This document shows, piece by piece, positions 16,172-24,923 of a stretch of DNA of 32,000 bases. The notes beneath the pieces were generated by a model. That model saw only the letters and a program-made list of their open reading frames with translations, was not told where the DNA came from and ran no database searches. How positions within the stretch are numbered: the first letter of the stretch is position 1; every line of letters starts with the position of its first letter. This DNA comes from Vibrio vulnificus CMCP6 (GTDB lineage: Bacteria; Pseudomonadota; Gammaproteobacteria; Enterobacterales; Vibrionaceae): contig NC_004459.3 of the NCBI RefSeq assembly GCF_000039765.1, forward strand, positions 480,001 to 512,000, in the 5' to 3' direction. The translations under genes and the position numbers were made by a program.

Positions 16172-17968
16172 TTAGGCTTCTTGCACCTTGATCAAAGAGA
16201 CTATCGTCTCGCCTTCTTTTGGCGAGAAGTTCGCACTGTTGTGGCAAATTTGCACACGCCCATTGGTATCCACCACAAACAGCGGCAATACGTAATTATT
16301 CGCGTGCGTCTCACGATAATCTGCGTACGTGTAGTTTTCACTGATCTTGGTGTGACGCACTTCCGCCCCTTGATTGATCAGACTGGCTAACTTTTTATAA
16401 CTGATCGCTTCATCTAAGAATGGCAGCCCCTTGTAACCATCGGACACCGAATGTTTGTCACCCGAGCCATTGCCATTGGACTTATCGTATAAACAGAAAA
16501 TCCGCTTATCACTGAAGTCGTTGAGAAAGTGCATACACGCCATAATGTTGAAGTAGCGATCAGGACTCAGCGCCACCACATGCCCGATGCCAATTAAGTT
16601 GAGGTACTCATCAGCATGGCTCGATACCGGATTCCCAAAGTAGTGATCCAAGCCTGCCATGCGTGCTTGACGAATGTAATCCCAGTTCGAATCCGTTAAC
16701 ACCACGCGGCAATCGTACTTGTTGATTGCCTGCGCTAATGTACGCGCGACATCGTTCGCACCGATGATCAAGAAACCTTTTGGAGCGGGTTCTGACACCC
16801 CTAGTGCCACCGCCACTGGCCGAGCCGTTGCACTTTGCAGCACCACAGTGCCAATAATCACCATAAAGGTAAGTGGCACTAACAACGCAGCCTCAGACAT
16901 GCCGAGTGATTCTAACTTGATCGCAAATAACGACGAAATGGACGCGGCGACAATGCCACGCGGTGCCACCCAAGCCAGAAAGGCCTTTTCCTTACCATTA
17001 AGCGAGCTGCGCAGCGTCGCAAGATAGATAGAGACCGGGCGAGAGACAAACTGAATAAACGCGAATAAGACCAAGGCGCTGATGCCGAGTGTGTAAAAGT
17101 CTTCCGGCTGGATACGCGCCGCCAACAAAATGAACAAGCCAGTAATGAAGAGAATGGTGAGATGCTCTTTAAAGTGAAGAATATGCTTGATATCCACCCC
17201 TTTGGAGTTGGCTAACCACATCCCCATCACAGTGACCGTTAATAAACCCGATTCATGCTCCAGATGATTCGAGAGCGCAAACACGCCCAGCACTAAGCTT
17301 AAAACGGCAAACGGTTGTAGGTATTCAGGCAGCCAGCCACGGCGCAGTACCACCGCGAGAAACTGACCAAACAGAACGCCTAATCCAAGGCCAATGGCCA
17401 GAATCCACGCCAATACCACCAAACTGTGCGTTTCACTGCTGGAGACAATGAACTCATACACCATCACCACAAACAGAGCACCGAGCGGATCGATTAAAAT
17501 CCCTTCCCAACGTAAAATATTGGAGAGGCGCGTCGATGGCCTAACGGTGCGCAGCAGCGGCACAATCACCGTTGGTCCGGTGACCACGGTCAAGCTACCA
17601 AACAACAACGCAAGCGGCCAATCAAACCCCAGCAGATAGTGAGTTGCGGTACTGGTTAACCCCCATGAAACCACCGCACCGAGTGTAACTATGCTCCAAA
17701 CGGTGTTACTGACACCGCGTATTTCGCGAAAGTTCAGCGTTAAGCTGCCTTCAAACAGAATCACAGCGACCGCTAATGACACCATAGGAAAAAGCAAATC
17801 TCCCAAAAGCAGCTCTGGCTGAAGCCAGCCACTCACCGGCCCAACCAATAAGCCCGCCACCAATAAAAATAGAATTGCAGGCAGTTTTAACCGCCAAGCA
17901 AACCACTGACAAGCAAGCCCTATTACCCCTATACCAGCAAGCCATAATGCGGTTGTTTCGGTTTGCAT
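16172..17968 (-). CDS. CPA1-family cation:proton antiporter (NhaP type) with a C-terminal RCK/TrkA-N-like cytoplasmic domain
   Basis: 598 aa. The N-terminal roughly 400 aa are polytopic with Na+/H+ exchanger family features (LFEGSLTLNF, ILIDPLGALF). The C-terminal soluble part has a Rossmann-like FLIIGANDVARTLAQ motif. Confidence 0.85.
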   Translation of the reverse strand: MQTETTALWLAGIGVIGLACQWFAWRLKLPAILFLLVAGLLVGPVSGWLQPELLLGDLLFPMVSLAVAVILFEGSLTLNFREIRGVSNTVWSIVTLGAVVSWGLTSTATHYLLGFDWPLALLFGSLTVVTGPTVIVPLLRTVRPSTRLSNILRWEGILIDPLGALFVVMVYEFIVSSSETHSLVVLAWILAIGLGLGVLFGQFLAVVLRRGWLPEYLQPFAVLSLVLGVFALSNHLEHESGLLTVTVMGMWLANSKGVDIKHILHFKEHLTILFITGLFILLAARIQPEDFYTLGISALVLFAFIQFVSRPVSIYLATLRSSLNGKEKAFLAWVAPRGIVAASISSLFAIKLESLGMSEAALLVPLTFMVIIGTVVLQSATARPVAVALGVSEPAPKGFLIIGANDVARTLAQAINKYDCRVVLTDSNWDYIRQARMAGLDHYFGNPVSSHADEYLNLIGIGHVVALSPDRYFNIMACMHFLNDFSDKRIFCLYDKSNGNGSGDKHSVSDGYKGLPFLDEAISYKKLASLINQGAEVRHTKISENYTYADYRETHANNYVLPLFVVDTNGRVQICHNSANFSPKEGETIVSLIKVQEA

Positions 17969-17994
17969 ATCCGTTGCCTCATCCGTTGGGTTAA

Positions 17995-18336
17995 TTAGTT
18001 TTGGTATTCATTCCAACCACGCTGCCATTCCATGCGGAATTTTTGTGCTTGCTCTGTCCCTTCACAAACACCTTCATAGTATTGACCAGAGAGTCCCATC
18101 TGATAGGCAAAATCGGGGTTACAATATTCCGCTACCCCTTCAAGGTAACCTTGTTCATAGTCACTTTTGTTCACTTCACCTAACTCCACCAACGCTTTAT
18201 AGCTACGCTGAGTGTGTCCTGCGATACCATCTTGATAACCAATTTGCTGCCAATCGCCTTGCTGAGCGAGTTGCTCTGTTGAAGCGACGCAACCCGCCAG
18301 CAGAAACACGGCCAATCCTAGCGCACTTGTTTTCAT
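17995..18336 (-). CDS. Small lipoprotein, DUF2799-like
   Basis: 113 aa with a signal peptide ending in the lipobox LLAGC. Repeated G-Y-x-x-G/Y-x-x-G-Y and conserved Cys pattern as I recall for DUF2799. Lies 26 nt upstream of the antiporter gene on the same strand, so probably in an operon. Confidence 0.65.
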   Translation of the reverse strand: MKTSALGLAVFLLAGCVASTEQLAQQGDWQQIGYQDGIAGHTQRSYKALVELGEVNKSDYEQGYLEGVAEYCNPDFAYQMGLSGQYYEGVCEGTEQAQKFRMEWQRGWNEYQN

Positions 18337-18420
18337 TCCATTTCCTTAACTGATTGTTTGTGCAAATACATTATCATCAAAACAGCGAATATGCCGCTCG
18401 TGCACAAAAAATAGTTTTGT

Positions 18421-18500
18421 TCCGACCATTGAGCAAACGTTAAAACCACTTAATTGGCCCATCGACCACTCAACTCGATATTCGACCACTGACTTCATCA
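18421..18500 (+). promoter_or_regulatory. Array of four phased direct repeats (ACCACTNA), predicted BtsR/LytTR operator in the cstA-like promoter
   Basis: tccGACCATTGA (motif at 18425), taaAACCACTTA (18445), atcGACCACTCA (18465), ttcGACCACTGA (18485). The period is exactly 20 bp. The E. coli YehT/BtsR site is a direct repeat of ACC[G/A]CT[C/T]A with a 13-bp spacer. A TACTAT -10-like hexamer lies at 18528-18533. Confidence 0.6.
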
Positions 18501-18572
18501 CCGAATGCATCTCGCCAAACCACGCTTTACTATCCATCCTGAGCTTAATTAATTATCCAAGGACAAATTGCT

Positions 18573-20057
18573 ATGATGTGGTTTCTTACCTGTGTCGCAG
18601 CCCTGATTGGCGGATACTTCATCTACGGTGCTTTCGTTGAGAAAGTATTTGGTATCAATGAAAATCGCCGTACCCCTGCCCATACAAAAACCGACGGCGT
18701 TGACTATGTGCCAATGTCGACCCAAAAAGTCTACTTAGTGCAACTCCTTAACATTGCTGGCGTTGGCCCTATCTTTGGTCCAATCATGGGTGCCCTATAC
18801 GGCCCTGCGGCGATGCTTTGGATTGTTGTCGGCTGTATCTTCGCTGGTGCAGTACACGATTACTTCTCTGGCATGCTTTCTGTGCGTAACGGTGGTGCTT
18901 CTGTACCGACCATCACAGGTCGCTACCTTGGCAATGGCGCGAAACACTTTATGAACATTTTTGCCATTGTCTTGCTGCTGCTTGTTGGTGTGGTATTCGT
19001 TTCCGCCCCGGCTGGCATGATCACCAATCTGATCAATGACCAAACCAGCTTCTCTGTGAGCATGACAACCATGGTGGTGGTGATTTTTGCTTACTACATC
19101 ATCGCGACCATCGTACCGGTTGATAAAATCATCGGTCGCTTCTACCCACTGTTTGGTGCGTTACTGATTTTCATGTCTGTTGGTCTGATGACGGCGATTG
19201 CATTCTCTTCTGAGCACACGGTGATGGGTGATTTCCAAGTCAGCGACATGTTCACTAACTTGAACCCGAATGATATGCCTCTGTGGCCAGCTCTGTTCAT
19301 CACTATTGCTTGTGGTGCGATCTCTGGCTTCCACGCAACGCAATCACCTTTGATGGCTCGTTGTATGGAAAATGAGAAAAACGGCCGCTTTGTCTTCTAC
19401 GGCGCGATGATTGGTGAAGGTGTTATCGCACTGATCTGGTGTGCTATCGCACTCTCGTTCTTCGGCACACTTGAAGGACTAGCAGAAGCGGTGAAAAACG
19501 GTGGCCCTGGCAACGTGGTTTACAGCGCATCATTTGGTCTGCTTGGCGTATTTGGTGGCGTGATTGCCTTCCTAGGTGTGGTGATTCTGCCTATCACTTC
19601 GGGTGACACGGCGTTCCGCTCTAGCCGTTTGATTCTTGCTGAATACTTCAACATGGAACAGAAAACCCTACGTAACCGCCTGTTGATGGCCGTACCACTG
19701 TTCGTACTGGGTGGCATTCTGACTCAAGTCGATTTCGGCATCATCTGGCGCTACTTCGGTTTTGCCAACCAAACCACCGCAGTCATGATGTTGTGGACAG
19801 CATCAGCTTACCTACTGCGTCACAACAAGCTACATTGGATCACCACAGTGCCCGCTTTCTTCATGACAACGGTTTGTGTGACCTTTATCCTCAACAACAG
19901 CGCGCTGGGCTTTGGTTTGCCAATGCAACTCTCCACCATTGCTGGCGTAATCTTCGCGGCAGCGGTAACCGGTTACGTGATTAAAACATCAAAAGGCAAA
20001 GGCGAAACGGACCTTGCCGATGAGGAAAAACCTCAAGGCGTCACTGAAACCGCGTAA
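18573..20057 (+). CDS. cstA: CstA-family transporter, short form (candidate pyruvate/peptide:H+ symporter, BtsT/CstA-like)
   Basis: 494 aa and polytopic. Family-typical segments: DYVPM, LLNIAGVGPIFGPI, FAGAVHDY, RNGGAS, FITIACGAISGFHA and FYGAMIGEG. It is shorter than the roughly 700-aa E. coli CstA and BtsT. Confidence 0.85.
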   Translation: MMWFLTCVAALIGGYFIYGAFVEKVFGINENRRTPAHTKTDGVDYVPMSTQKVYLVQLLNIAGVGPIFGPIMGALYGPAAMLWIVVGCIFAGAVHDYFSGMLSVRNGGASVPTITGRYLGNGAKHFMNIFAIVLLLLVGVVFVSAPAGMITNLINDQTSFSVSMTTMVVVIFAYYIIATIVPVDKIIGRFYPLFGALLIFMSVGLMTAIAFSSEHTVMGDFQVSDMFTNLNPNDMPLWPALFITIACGAISGFHATQSPLMARCMENEKNGRFVFYGAMIGEGVIALIWCAIALSFFGTLEGLAEAVKNGGPGNVVYSASFGLLGVFGGVIAFLGVVILPITSGDTAFRSSRLILAEYFNMEQKTLRNRLLMAVPLFVLGGILTQVDFGIIWRYFGFANQTTAVMMLWTASAYLLRHNKLHWITTVPAFFMTTVCVTFILNNSALGFGLPMQLSTIAGVIFAAAVTGYVIKTSKGKGETDLADEEKPQGVTETA

Positions 20058-20084
20058 TCAATCCACCTTTGCTTGCTAAACCCA

Positions 20085-20116
20085 ACAGAGCCTGCCAAGT
20101 GTAGGCTCTGTTTTTA
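20085..20116 (+). terminator. Rho-independent terminator of the cstA-like gene
   Basis: ACAGAGCCT-gccaagtgt-AGGCTCTGT followed by TTTTT. Confidence 0.8.
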
Positions 20117-20225
20117 TCCACTAAACTCAGGCAGACTAACGCTTTCTCACTTTCGGTGTTGTCAATAATCGTGACTCACAAACGCTGATGCCACCGACAA
20201 CAAACAGTAGCCACGAAGAGGCAAT

Positions 20226-21908
20226 ATGGAACTGGTGATTTCACTGCTACAACAGATGTGTGTCTATCTTGTTTTAGCCTATATGCTCAGCAAGACCCCC
20301 ATCATCTTACCACTGCTGAACATCTCATCGCGTTTGAGCCACCGCGTTCTGTGCTACTTATTGTTTTCCGCCTTCTGTATCTTGGGCACCTACTTTGGTT
20401 TACACATCAATGACGCCATAGCCAATACTCGTGCAATTGGGGCAGTCATGGGCGGCTTGTTTGGCGGGCCGATTGTGGGCTTTGCCGTGGGATTAACCGG
20501 TGGTTTACATCGCTACACCTTAGGAGGATTCACCGATTTAGCCTGCGCGATTTCGACCACAGCGGAAGGCTTGATTGGTGGCTTGCTGCATATCTATCTA
20601 ATCAAGAAAAACAAAGGTGCCCAACTGTTCAACCCCTCCGTGGTGTTTAGCATCACCTTCGTCGCCGAAATAATACAAATGATCATTTTGCTGGTGGTCG
20701 CTAAGCCCTTTGATCAAGCGTACAGCCTCGTTTCGACCATTGCCGCCCCCATGATCATTGCCAACTCGGTGGGTGCCGCGTTGTTTATGAGCATTTTACA
20801 AGACAGAAAAACCATCTTTGAAAAGTACTCCGCCACCTTTTCGCGTCGGGCATTGACCATTGCGGATCGCTCTGTGGGTATCTTGCACACGGGCTTTAAC
20901 AGTGCCAACGCAGAAAAAATCGCCCGCATTATTTATGAAGAAACCAATGTGGGCGCGGTTGCGATCACCGACCAAGAGAAGATTCTCGCGTTTGTCGGCA
21001 TTGGGGATGATCACCACAAGCCTAATACGCCCATTTCGTCGCAAAGCACCCTTGATTCGATGAGTCAAAACGCCATCATTTATCTCGATGGTAGCGAGCG
21101 TCCATATCAATGCTCTCTCGCTTCCGACTGTAAATTAGGCTCGGCACTGATCATTCCACTACGAGCAGGCAAAGAGGTGGTGGGAACCATTAAGCTGTAC
21201 GAGCCAAAGCGCAAGTTGTTTTCAACCATTAATATGTCGATGGCCGAAGGCATTGCCCAACTGCTTTCCAGCCAAATTCTCTATGGCGATTATCAGCAAC
21301 AACAAACGCTGCTGACGCAATCGGAGATTAAGCTGCTGCATGCTCAAGTGAATCCGCATTTCTTATTCAACGCGCTAAACACGATTAGCGCGGTGATTCG
21401 TCGCGATCCTGACAAAGCACGTGAACTGATTCAAAATTTGTCACACTTCTTTCGCAGCAACTTAAAACAGAACATCAACACCGTCACACTGAAAGAAGAG
21501 CTGGCGCATGTGAATGCCTACCTCAGCATTGAAAAAGCACGTTTTGCTGACCGCCTAGAGATAGAGATTGATATCACGCCAGAGCTGTTCGACACAAAAC
21601 TGCCCAGCTTTACCTTGCAGCCTTTGGTGGAAAACGCCATTAAGCATGGTATTTCAAATATGCTTGAGGGAGGACGGGTGCGCATTTACAGCCAATCTTG
21701 TGAGCAAGGTGATGTCATCGTGGTCGAAGATAATGCAGGTAGCTATCAGCCCCCAGCAGAAAATCATTCAGGACTGGGAATGGAAATAGTCGATAAACGG
21801 CTGACGCACCATTTTGGGCGTGACTCAGCACTAAAAATCGAGGCGAAAGAGCATCAATTTACTAAAATGAGCTTTATCATTCCCCGCAGCCATCACACTG
21901 CAATTTAG
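20226..21908 (+). CDS. btsS: LytS-type sensor histidine kinase BtsS (YehU)
   Basis: 560 aa, colinear with E. coli YehU/BtsS: LLQQMCVYLV, ANTRAIGAVMGGL, AITD.EK.LAF.GIGDDHH, SEIKLLHAQVNPHFLFNALNTI, HVNAYL.IEKARF, FTLQP.VENAIKHG. Confidence 0.9.
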   Translation: MELVISLLQQMCVYLVLAYMLSKTPIILPLLNISSRLSHRVLCYLLFSAFCILGTYFGLHINDAIANTRAIGAVMGGLFGGPIVGFAVGLTGGLHRYTLGGFTDLACAISTTAEGLIGGLLHIYLIKKNKGAQLFNPSVVFSITFVAEIIQMIILLVVAKPFDQAYSLVSTIAAPMIIANSVGAALFMSILQDRKTIFEKYSATFSRRALTIADRSVGILHTGFNSANAEKIARIIYEETNVGAVAITDQEKILAFVGIGDDHHKPNTPISSQSTLDSMSQNAIIYLDGSERPYQCSLASDCKLGSALIIPLRAGKEVVGTIKLYEPKRKLFSTINMSMAEGIAQLLSSQILYGDYQQQQTLLTQSEIKLLHAQVNPHFLFNALNTISAVIRRDPDKARELIQNLSHFFRSNLKQNINTVTLKEELAHVNAYLSIEKARFADRLEIEIDITPELFDTKLPSFTLQPLVENAIKHGISNMLEGGRVRIYSQSCEQGDVIVVEDNAGSYQPPAENHSGLGMEIVDKRLTHHFGRDSALKIEAKEHQFTKMSFIIPRSHHTAI

Positions 21909-21927
21909 CCAACAAGGTAGTAAACGG

Positions 21928-22656
21928 ATGTTGACCGCACTGGTAATCGACGATGAACCTTTTGCTCGCGAAGAGCTTACAGACCTGCTTAGCGAAACAG
22001 GTGACATTGATGTGATTGGCGACGCCGCCAACGCGATTGTCGGCTTAAAGAAAATTAATGAGTTAAAACCGGATGTGGTGTTTCTCGATATTCAGATGCC
22101 GCAAGTCACGGGCATTGAACTGCTGGGCATGATGGATCCCGACACCATGCCTTACGTGGTGTTTGTCACCGCCTACGATCAATACGCCATCCAAGCCTTT
22201 GAAGATAATGCGTTTGATTACCTACTCAAGCCCGTTGATCCGGAACGCTTACGTAAAACGGTTAAACGTCTAAGTAAAGCCGCCAGTCATTCCGCCTTGA
22301 GCCAGCACATCGCCAGTTTAGCCCCAGAGACCCTCGATCAAATTCCCTGTATTGGTCACAACCGCATTGTGATCATGGCGACAGAGAGCGTTGAATGCGC
22401 CTACAGCGACATCAGTGGTGTGCATGTGCGCTCAGCCAGCCAAACCGCCAGTACTCAGCTCACCTTAAAAGTTCTGGAAGAAAAAACCTCATTGGTGCGC
22501 TGCCACCGCCAATACCTGATCAGTATTAAAGCCATCAGCGAGATCAAACTGCTGGAAAATGGGTTAGCGGAAATCATCACTAAAACTGGATTTGAAGTGC
22601 CCGTCAGTCGCCGCTACCTGAAATTGCTCAAAGAGATGCTGGGACTCAGCCATTAA
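21928..22656 (+). CDS. btsR: LytTR-family response regulator BtsR (YehT)
   Basis: 242 aa. The receiver domain (VIDDEPFAREEL...PDVVFLDIQMP...AFDYLLKP) and C-terminal LytTR domain (RCHRQYL...PVSRRYLK.LKE) are colinear with E. coli YehT. Confidence 0.9.
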   Translation: MLTALVIDDEPFAREELTDLLSETGDIDVIGDAANAIVGLKKINELKPDVVFLDIQMPQVTGIELLGMMDPDTMPYVVFVTAYDQYAIQAFEDNAFDYLLKPVDPERLRKTVKRLSKAASHSALSQHIASLAPETLDQIPCIGHNRIVIMATESVECAYSDISGVHVRSASQTASTQLTLKVLEEKTSLVRCHRQYLISIKAISEIKLLENGLAEIITKTGFEVPVSRRYLKLLKEMLGLSH

Positions 22657-22657
22657 A

Positions 22658-22681
22658 AATGGCGATACTGAGATCGCCATT
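22658..22681. terminator. Hairpin between the convergent btsR and ispH genes
   Basis: AATGGCGAT-actgag-ATCGCCATT, a 9-bp perfect stem with poor U-tracts. Confidence 0.45.
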
Positions 22682-22724
22682 AGTAGGGTCTATTGACCTT
22701 AGGTATTCAAATCAGGGTGACTCG

Positions 22725-23687
22725 TTAGTCAATCTGCTTAATTTGCAGCTCTTTAGGCACTTCAAAGAACATGTTCTCTTCACGGCCTAGCACTTCTTCA
22801 ACCGATTGAGCACCCAACTCTTTAATGCGAGTTAGGATTTGATTGACCAGTTCTTCTGGTGCAGAGGCCCCTGCCGTTACGCCCACTTTGACTTTGCCAT
22901 CAAACCATTGTGGCTCAATGTCTTGCGGACAATCTGTTAAGTAAGCAGGTGTGCCTAGTTTTTCCGCCAACTCTTTTAGTCGGGTCGAGTTTGAGGAGTT
23001 CTTTGAACCAACTACCACTACCACGTCGACATCTTTCGCCAATTCACGCACCGCATCCTGGCGGTTTTGTGTCGCATAGCAGATATCGTCTTTGCGTGGG
23101 CCTTGGATCTCTGGGAAAACTCGACGCAACTCATCAATCACGTCCGCGGTTTCATCCACCGATAAGGTCGTTTGGCTTACGTAGTGCAAGTTGCTCGGAT
23201 CTTTAACAATGGCTTTCAAGCCAAGTACATCTTCCGGTTTTTCTACAAGGTACATGCCACCCTGCAAGCTGGCATATTGACCCATGGTGCCTTCTACCTC
23301 TGGGTGGCCCGCATGGCCGATCAGCACCACTTCCATATGCTTACGGCTGGCTCTCGCCACTTCCATATGCACTTTCGTCACCAATGGGCATGTCGCATCA
23401 AACACAGTTAGCGCACGCTCTTTGGCTTCCTGACGCACCGCTTGAGACACGCCATGAGCAGAGAAAATAACAATATTGTCGTCTGGCACTTCATGCAACT
23501 CTTCGACAAAGATCGCGCCGCGCTGCTTTAAGCCTTCCACCACAAAACGGTTGTGCACCACTTCATGGCGTACGTAGATAGGCGGTTGATACAGTTCCAG
23601 TGCACGCTCAACAATACTGATGGCACGGTCGACACCCGCACAGAATCCACGTGGGTTCGCTAACAAGATTTTCATTTCATTGCTCAT
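22725..23687 (-). CDS. ispH: 4-hydroxy-3-methylbut-2-enyl diphosphate reductase IspH (LytB)
   Basis: 320 aa. [34 protein letters not shown] and a conserved third Cys region. Downstream of fkpB as in E. coli. Confidence 0.95.
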   Translation of the reverse strand: MSNEMKILLANPRGFCAGVDRAISIVERALELYQPPIYVRHEVVHNRFVVEGLKQRGAIFVEELHEVPDDNIVIFSAHGVSQAVRQEAKERALTVFDATCPLVTKVHMEVARASRKHMEVVLIGHAGHPEVEGTMGQYASLQGGMYLVEKPEDVLGLKAIVKDPSNLHYVSQTTLSVDETADVIDELRRVFPEIQGPRKDDICYATQNRQDAVRELAKDVDVVVVVGSKNSSNSTRLKELAEKLGTPAYLTDCPQDIEPQWFDGKVKVGVTAGASAPEELVNQILTRIKELGAQSVEEVLGREENMFFEVPKELQIKQID

Positions 23688-23707
23688 GGTAGTTTTCTTT
23701 TCGCTGG

Positions 23708-24139
23708 CTATTCTACTGACAAAATTTCAACTTCAAAAGTCACATCTTGGCCTGCAAGTGGGTGATTGAAATCCACCGTCACTGAATCACCAGCAATTTC
23801 AGTAATGATGCCAGGGATCTCCATGCCATCCGGCCCACTGAACGCCATGATGGTGCCGACTTCCACTTGCGCTTCGCCAACAAATTTCGAGCGGTCCATA
23901 TGATGAATATGGTCTGGGTTAGGCATGCCAAAAGCGTCCGCTGCTTTTAGCTCAATCGCTTTGTTTTCCCCTACCGTGAGACCAAGCAAACACTGCTCAA
24001 AATTCTCACTTAAACTGCCATCGCCCATAACAAACTTCGCGGGTTTGCCCATATTGTGCGTGCTGTCTGCGACAGAACCGTCTTTCATTTTTATCGTAAA
24101 ATGCAGTGTGACTGCGGAATTATTATTGATTGTACTCAC
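23708..24139 (-). CDS. fkpB: FKBP-type peptidyl-prolyl cis-trans isomerase FkpB (SlpA)
   Basis: 143 aa, colinear with E. coli FkpB (NSAV..HFT.K..DG...ST...GKPA.F..GD.SLSE..E..LLGL.VG; ...[18 protein letters not shown]). GTG start with an AAGGAAG Shine-Dalgarno. Confidence 0.9.
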   Translation of the reverse strand: MSTINNNSAVTLHFTIKMKDGSVADSTHNMGKPAKFVMGDGSLSENFEQCLLGLTVGENKAIELKAADAFGMPNPDHIHHMDRSKFVGEAQVEVGTIMAFSGPDGMEIPGIITEIAGDSVTVDFNHPLAGQDVTFEVEILSVE

Positions 24140-24177
24140 GTTACTGCTTCCTTGAGGTCATTATTGTTTTTGTTGGT

Positions 24178-24321
24178 GTATACCCTAAATAGTGGGAGTT
24201 GCGGCTAGGCGACAAGATAATTCATCCCTATGAGCATAATGCGCTATGTAATTAGGGCGGCTGGCGTACCGGGAAATTATCGCAGTCAACAACGCTGCAG
24301 CTTCAAATATGACGGGTATAC
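24178..24321. repeat. ERIC/IRU-like imperfect palindromic intergenic repeat (MITE-like, about 144 bp)
   Basis: Bounded by GTATACCC...GGGTATAC. The arms (GTATACCCTAAATAGTGGGAGTTGCGGC against the reverse complement of GCTGCAGCTTCAAATATGACGGGTATAC) match at about 20 of 28 positions. There is a central CCCTA...TAGGG hairpin. The right arm GCAGCTTCAAATATGACGGGTATA and the left arm (reverse complement GCAACTCCCACTATTTAGGGTATA) resemble my recollection of the ERIC consensus ends (..CTTGAAGTATGACGGGTATA and ..GCAACTCGAA.TATTTAGGGTATA). ERICs are reported in enterics and vibrios. Confidence 0.6.
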
Positions 24322-24355
24322 TAAAAAGCGTCGCCAGAATCAACCGACGACGCTT
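24322..24355 (-). terminator. Terminator-like hairpin just downstream of lspA
   Basis: On the minus strand: AAGCGTCG-(14-nt loop)-CGACGCTT followed by TTTA, 26 nt after the lspA stop. The loop is large, so it is a weak or partial terminator at best. Confidence 0.35.
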
Positions 24356-24380
24356 AGGGTTATTCGCGATCTCGCAAAGA

Positions 24381-24887
24381 TTACTTCTCTTCTTCCTTTT
24401 TCCGGAAGCCATCGAGAATGATCATCGCCGCGCCAAGACAAATTGCCGTGTCGGCTAAGTTGAACGCAGGCCAATGGTAAGTACCCCAGTAAAAGTCGAG
24501 GTAATCCACCACAAAGCCATGCACCATGCGATCAAACACGTTGCCAATCGCACCACCAATGATCATGGCATAAGCGACATTATTCCATTTTTCTGCCGCT
24601 GGTAGCTTGCTCATCCAGTAGGTCAATAGACCCGTGACCACAAAAGCAATACCGGTAAATAACCAGCGTTGCCAACCGGCTTGATCGCTCAAAAAGCTAA
24701 ATGCGGCACCGTAGTTATGCACATAGAGCAGGTTAAAGAAAGGCAAAACCTCAATGCGATTTGCCCAGCCATACCCCATGTTTTCCATCACAATGAATTT
24801 AATACCGATATCGGCTAAAAACACCACCAGTGCCAGCCACAACCAACGTACACCCGTTTGTTTGAATATCTGCGCTTTACCGCTCAT
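24381..24887 (-). CDS. lspA: Lipoprotein signal peptidase (signal peptidase II)
   Basis: 168 aa with four transmembrane segments. Conserved N.GAAF and GGA.GN..DR...G.VVD..D and FN.AD motifs. Downstream of ileS. Confidence 0.95.
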
Positions 24888-24896
24888 CTTTCTTCC

Positions 24897-24923
24897 TAAA
24901 AATAACCCCAGTCGATACTGGGG
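24897..24923 (-). terminator. Intrinsic-terminator-like hairpin in the ileS-lspA spacer
   Basis: Minus strand: CCCCAGT-atcg-ACTGGGG followed by TTATTTTTA. This is immediately followed by the lspA Shine-Dalgarno (AGGAAG) and ATG. Confidence 0.55.

Noticed and set aside
16685-16694. GTTCGAATCC, the tRNA T-loop signature, on the plus strand
   Set aside because: The flanking bases cannot form a T-stem (CCCAG against CCGTT) and no acceptor or anticodon arms are present. It lies inside the antiporter coding sequence.
18346-18537. 63-aa minus-strand ORF filling the lipoprotein/cstA intergenic region and ending 10 nt before the DUF2799 lipoprotein start
   Set aside because: It is read straight through the four ACCACTNA repeats and the cstA promoter. 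It has no recognisable family or convincing RBS, and the region is better explained as regulatory DNA. Ribosome profiling would be needed to revive it.
24233-24256. AGCGCATTATG (minus strand) in the centre of the ERIC-like element resembles the XerC-binding arm plus the start of the central region of dif (GTGCGCATTA-TG...)
   Set aside because: No XerD arm (TTATGTTAAAT) follows at the correct 6-bp spacing. A 10-11-nt partial match inside a repeat is most likely coincidental, and this locus is not where dif is expected.
24185-24421. 75-aa (minus) and 63-aa (plus) ORFs in the lspA-fkpB spacer
   Set aside because: Both are read through the palindromic ERIC-like element, which is why ORFs appear on both strands. 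They also overlap the lspA 3' end, lack an RBS and have basic low-complexity sequence.
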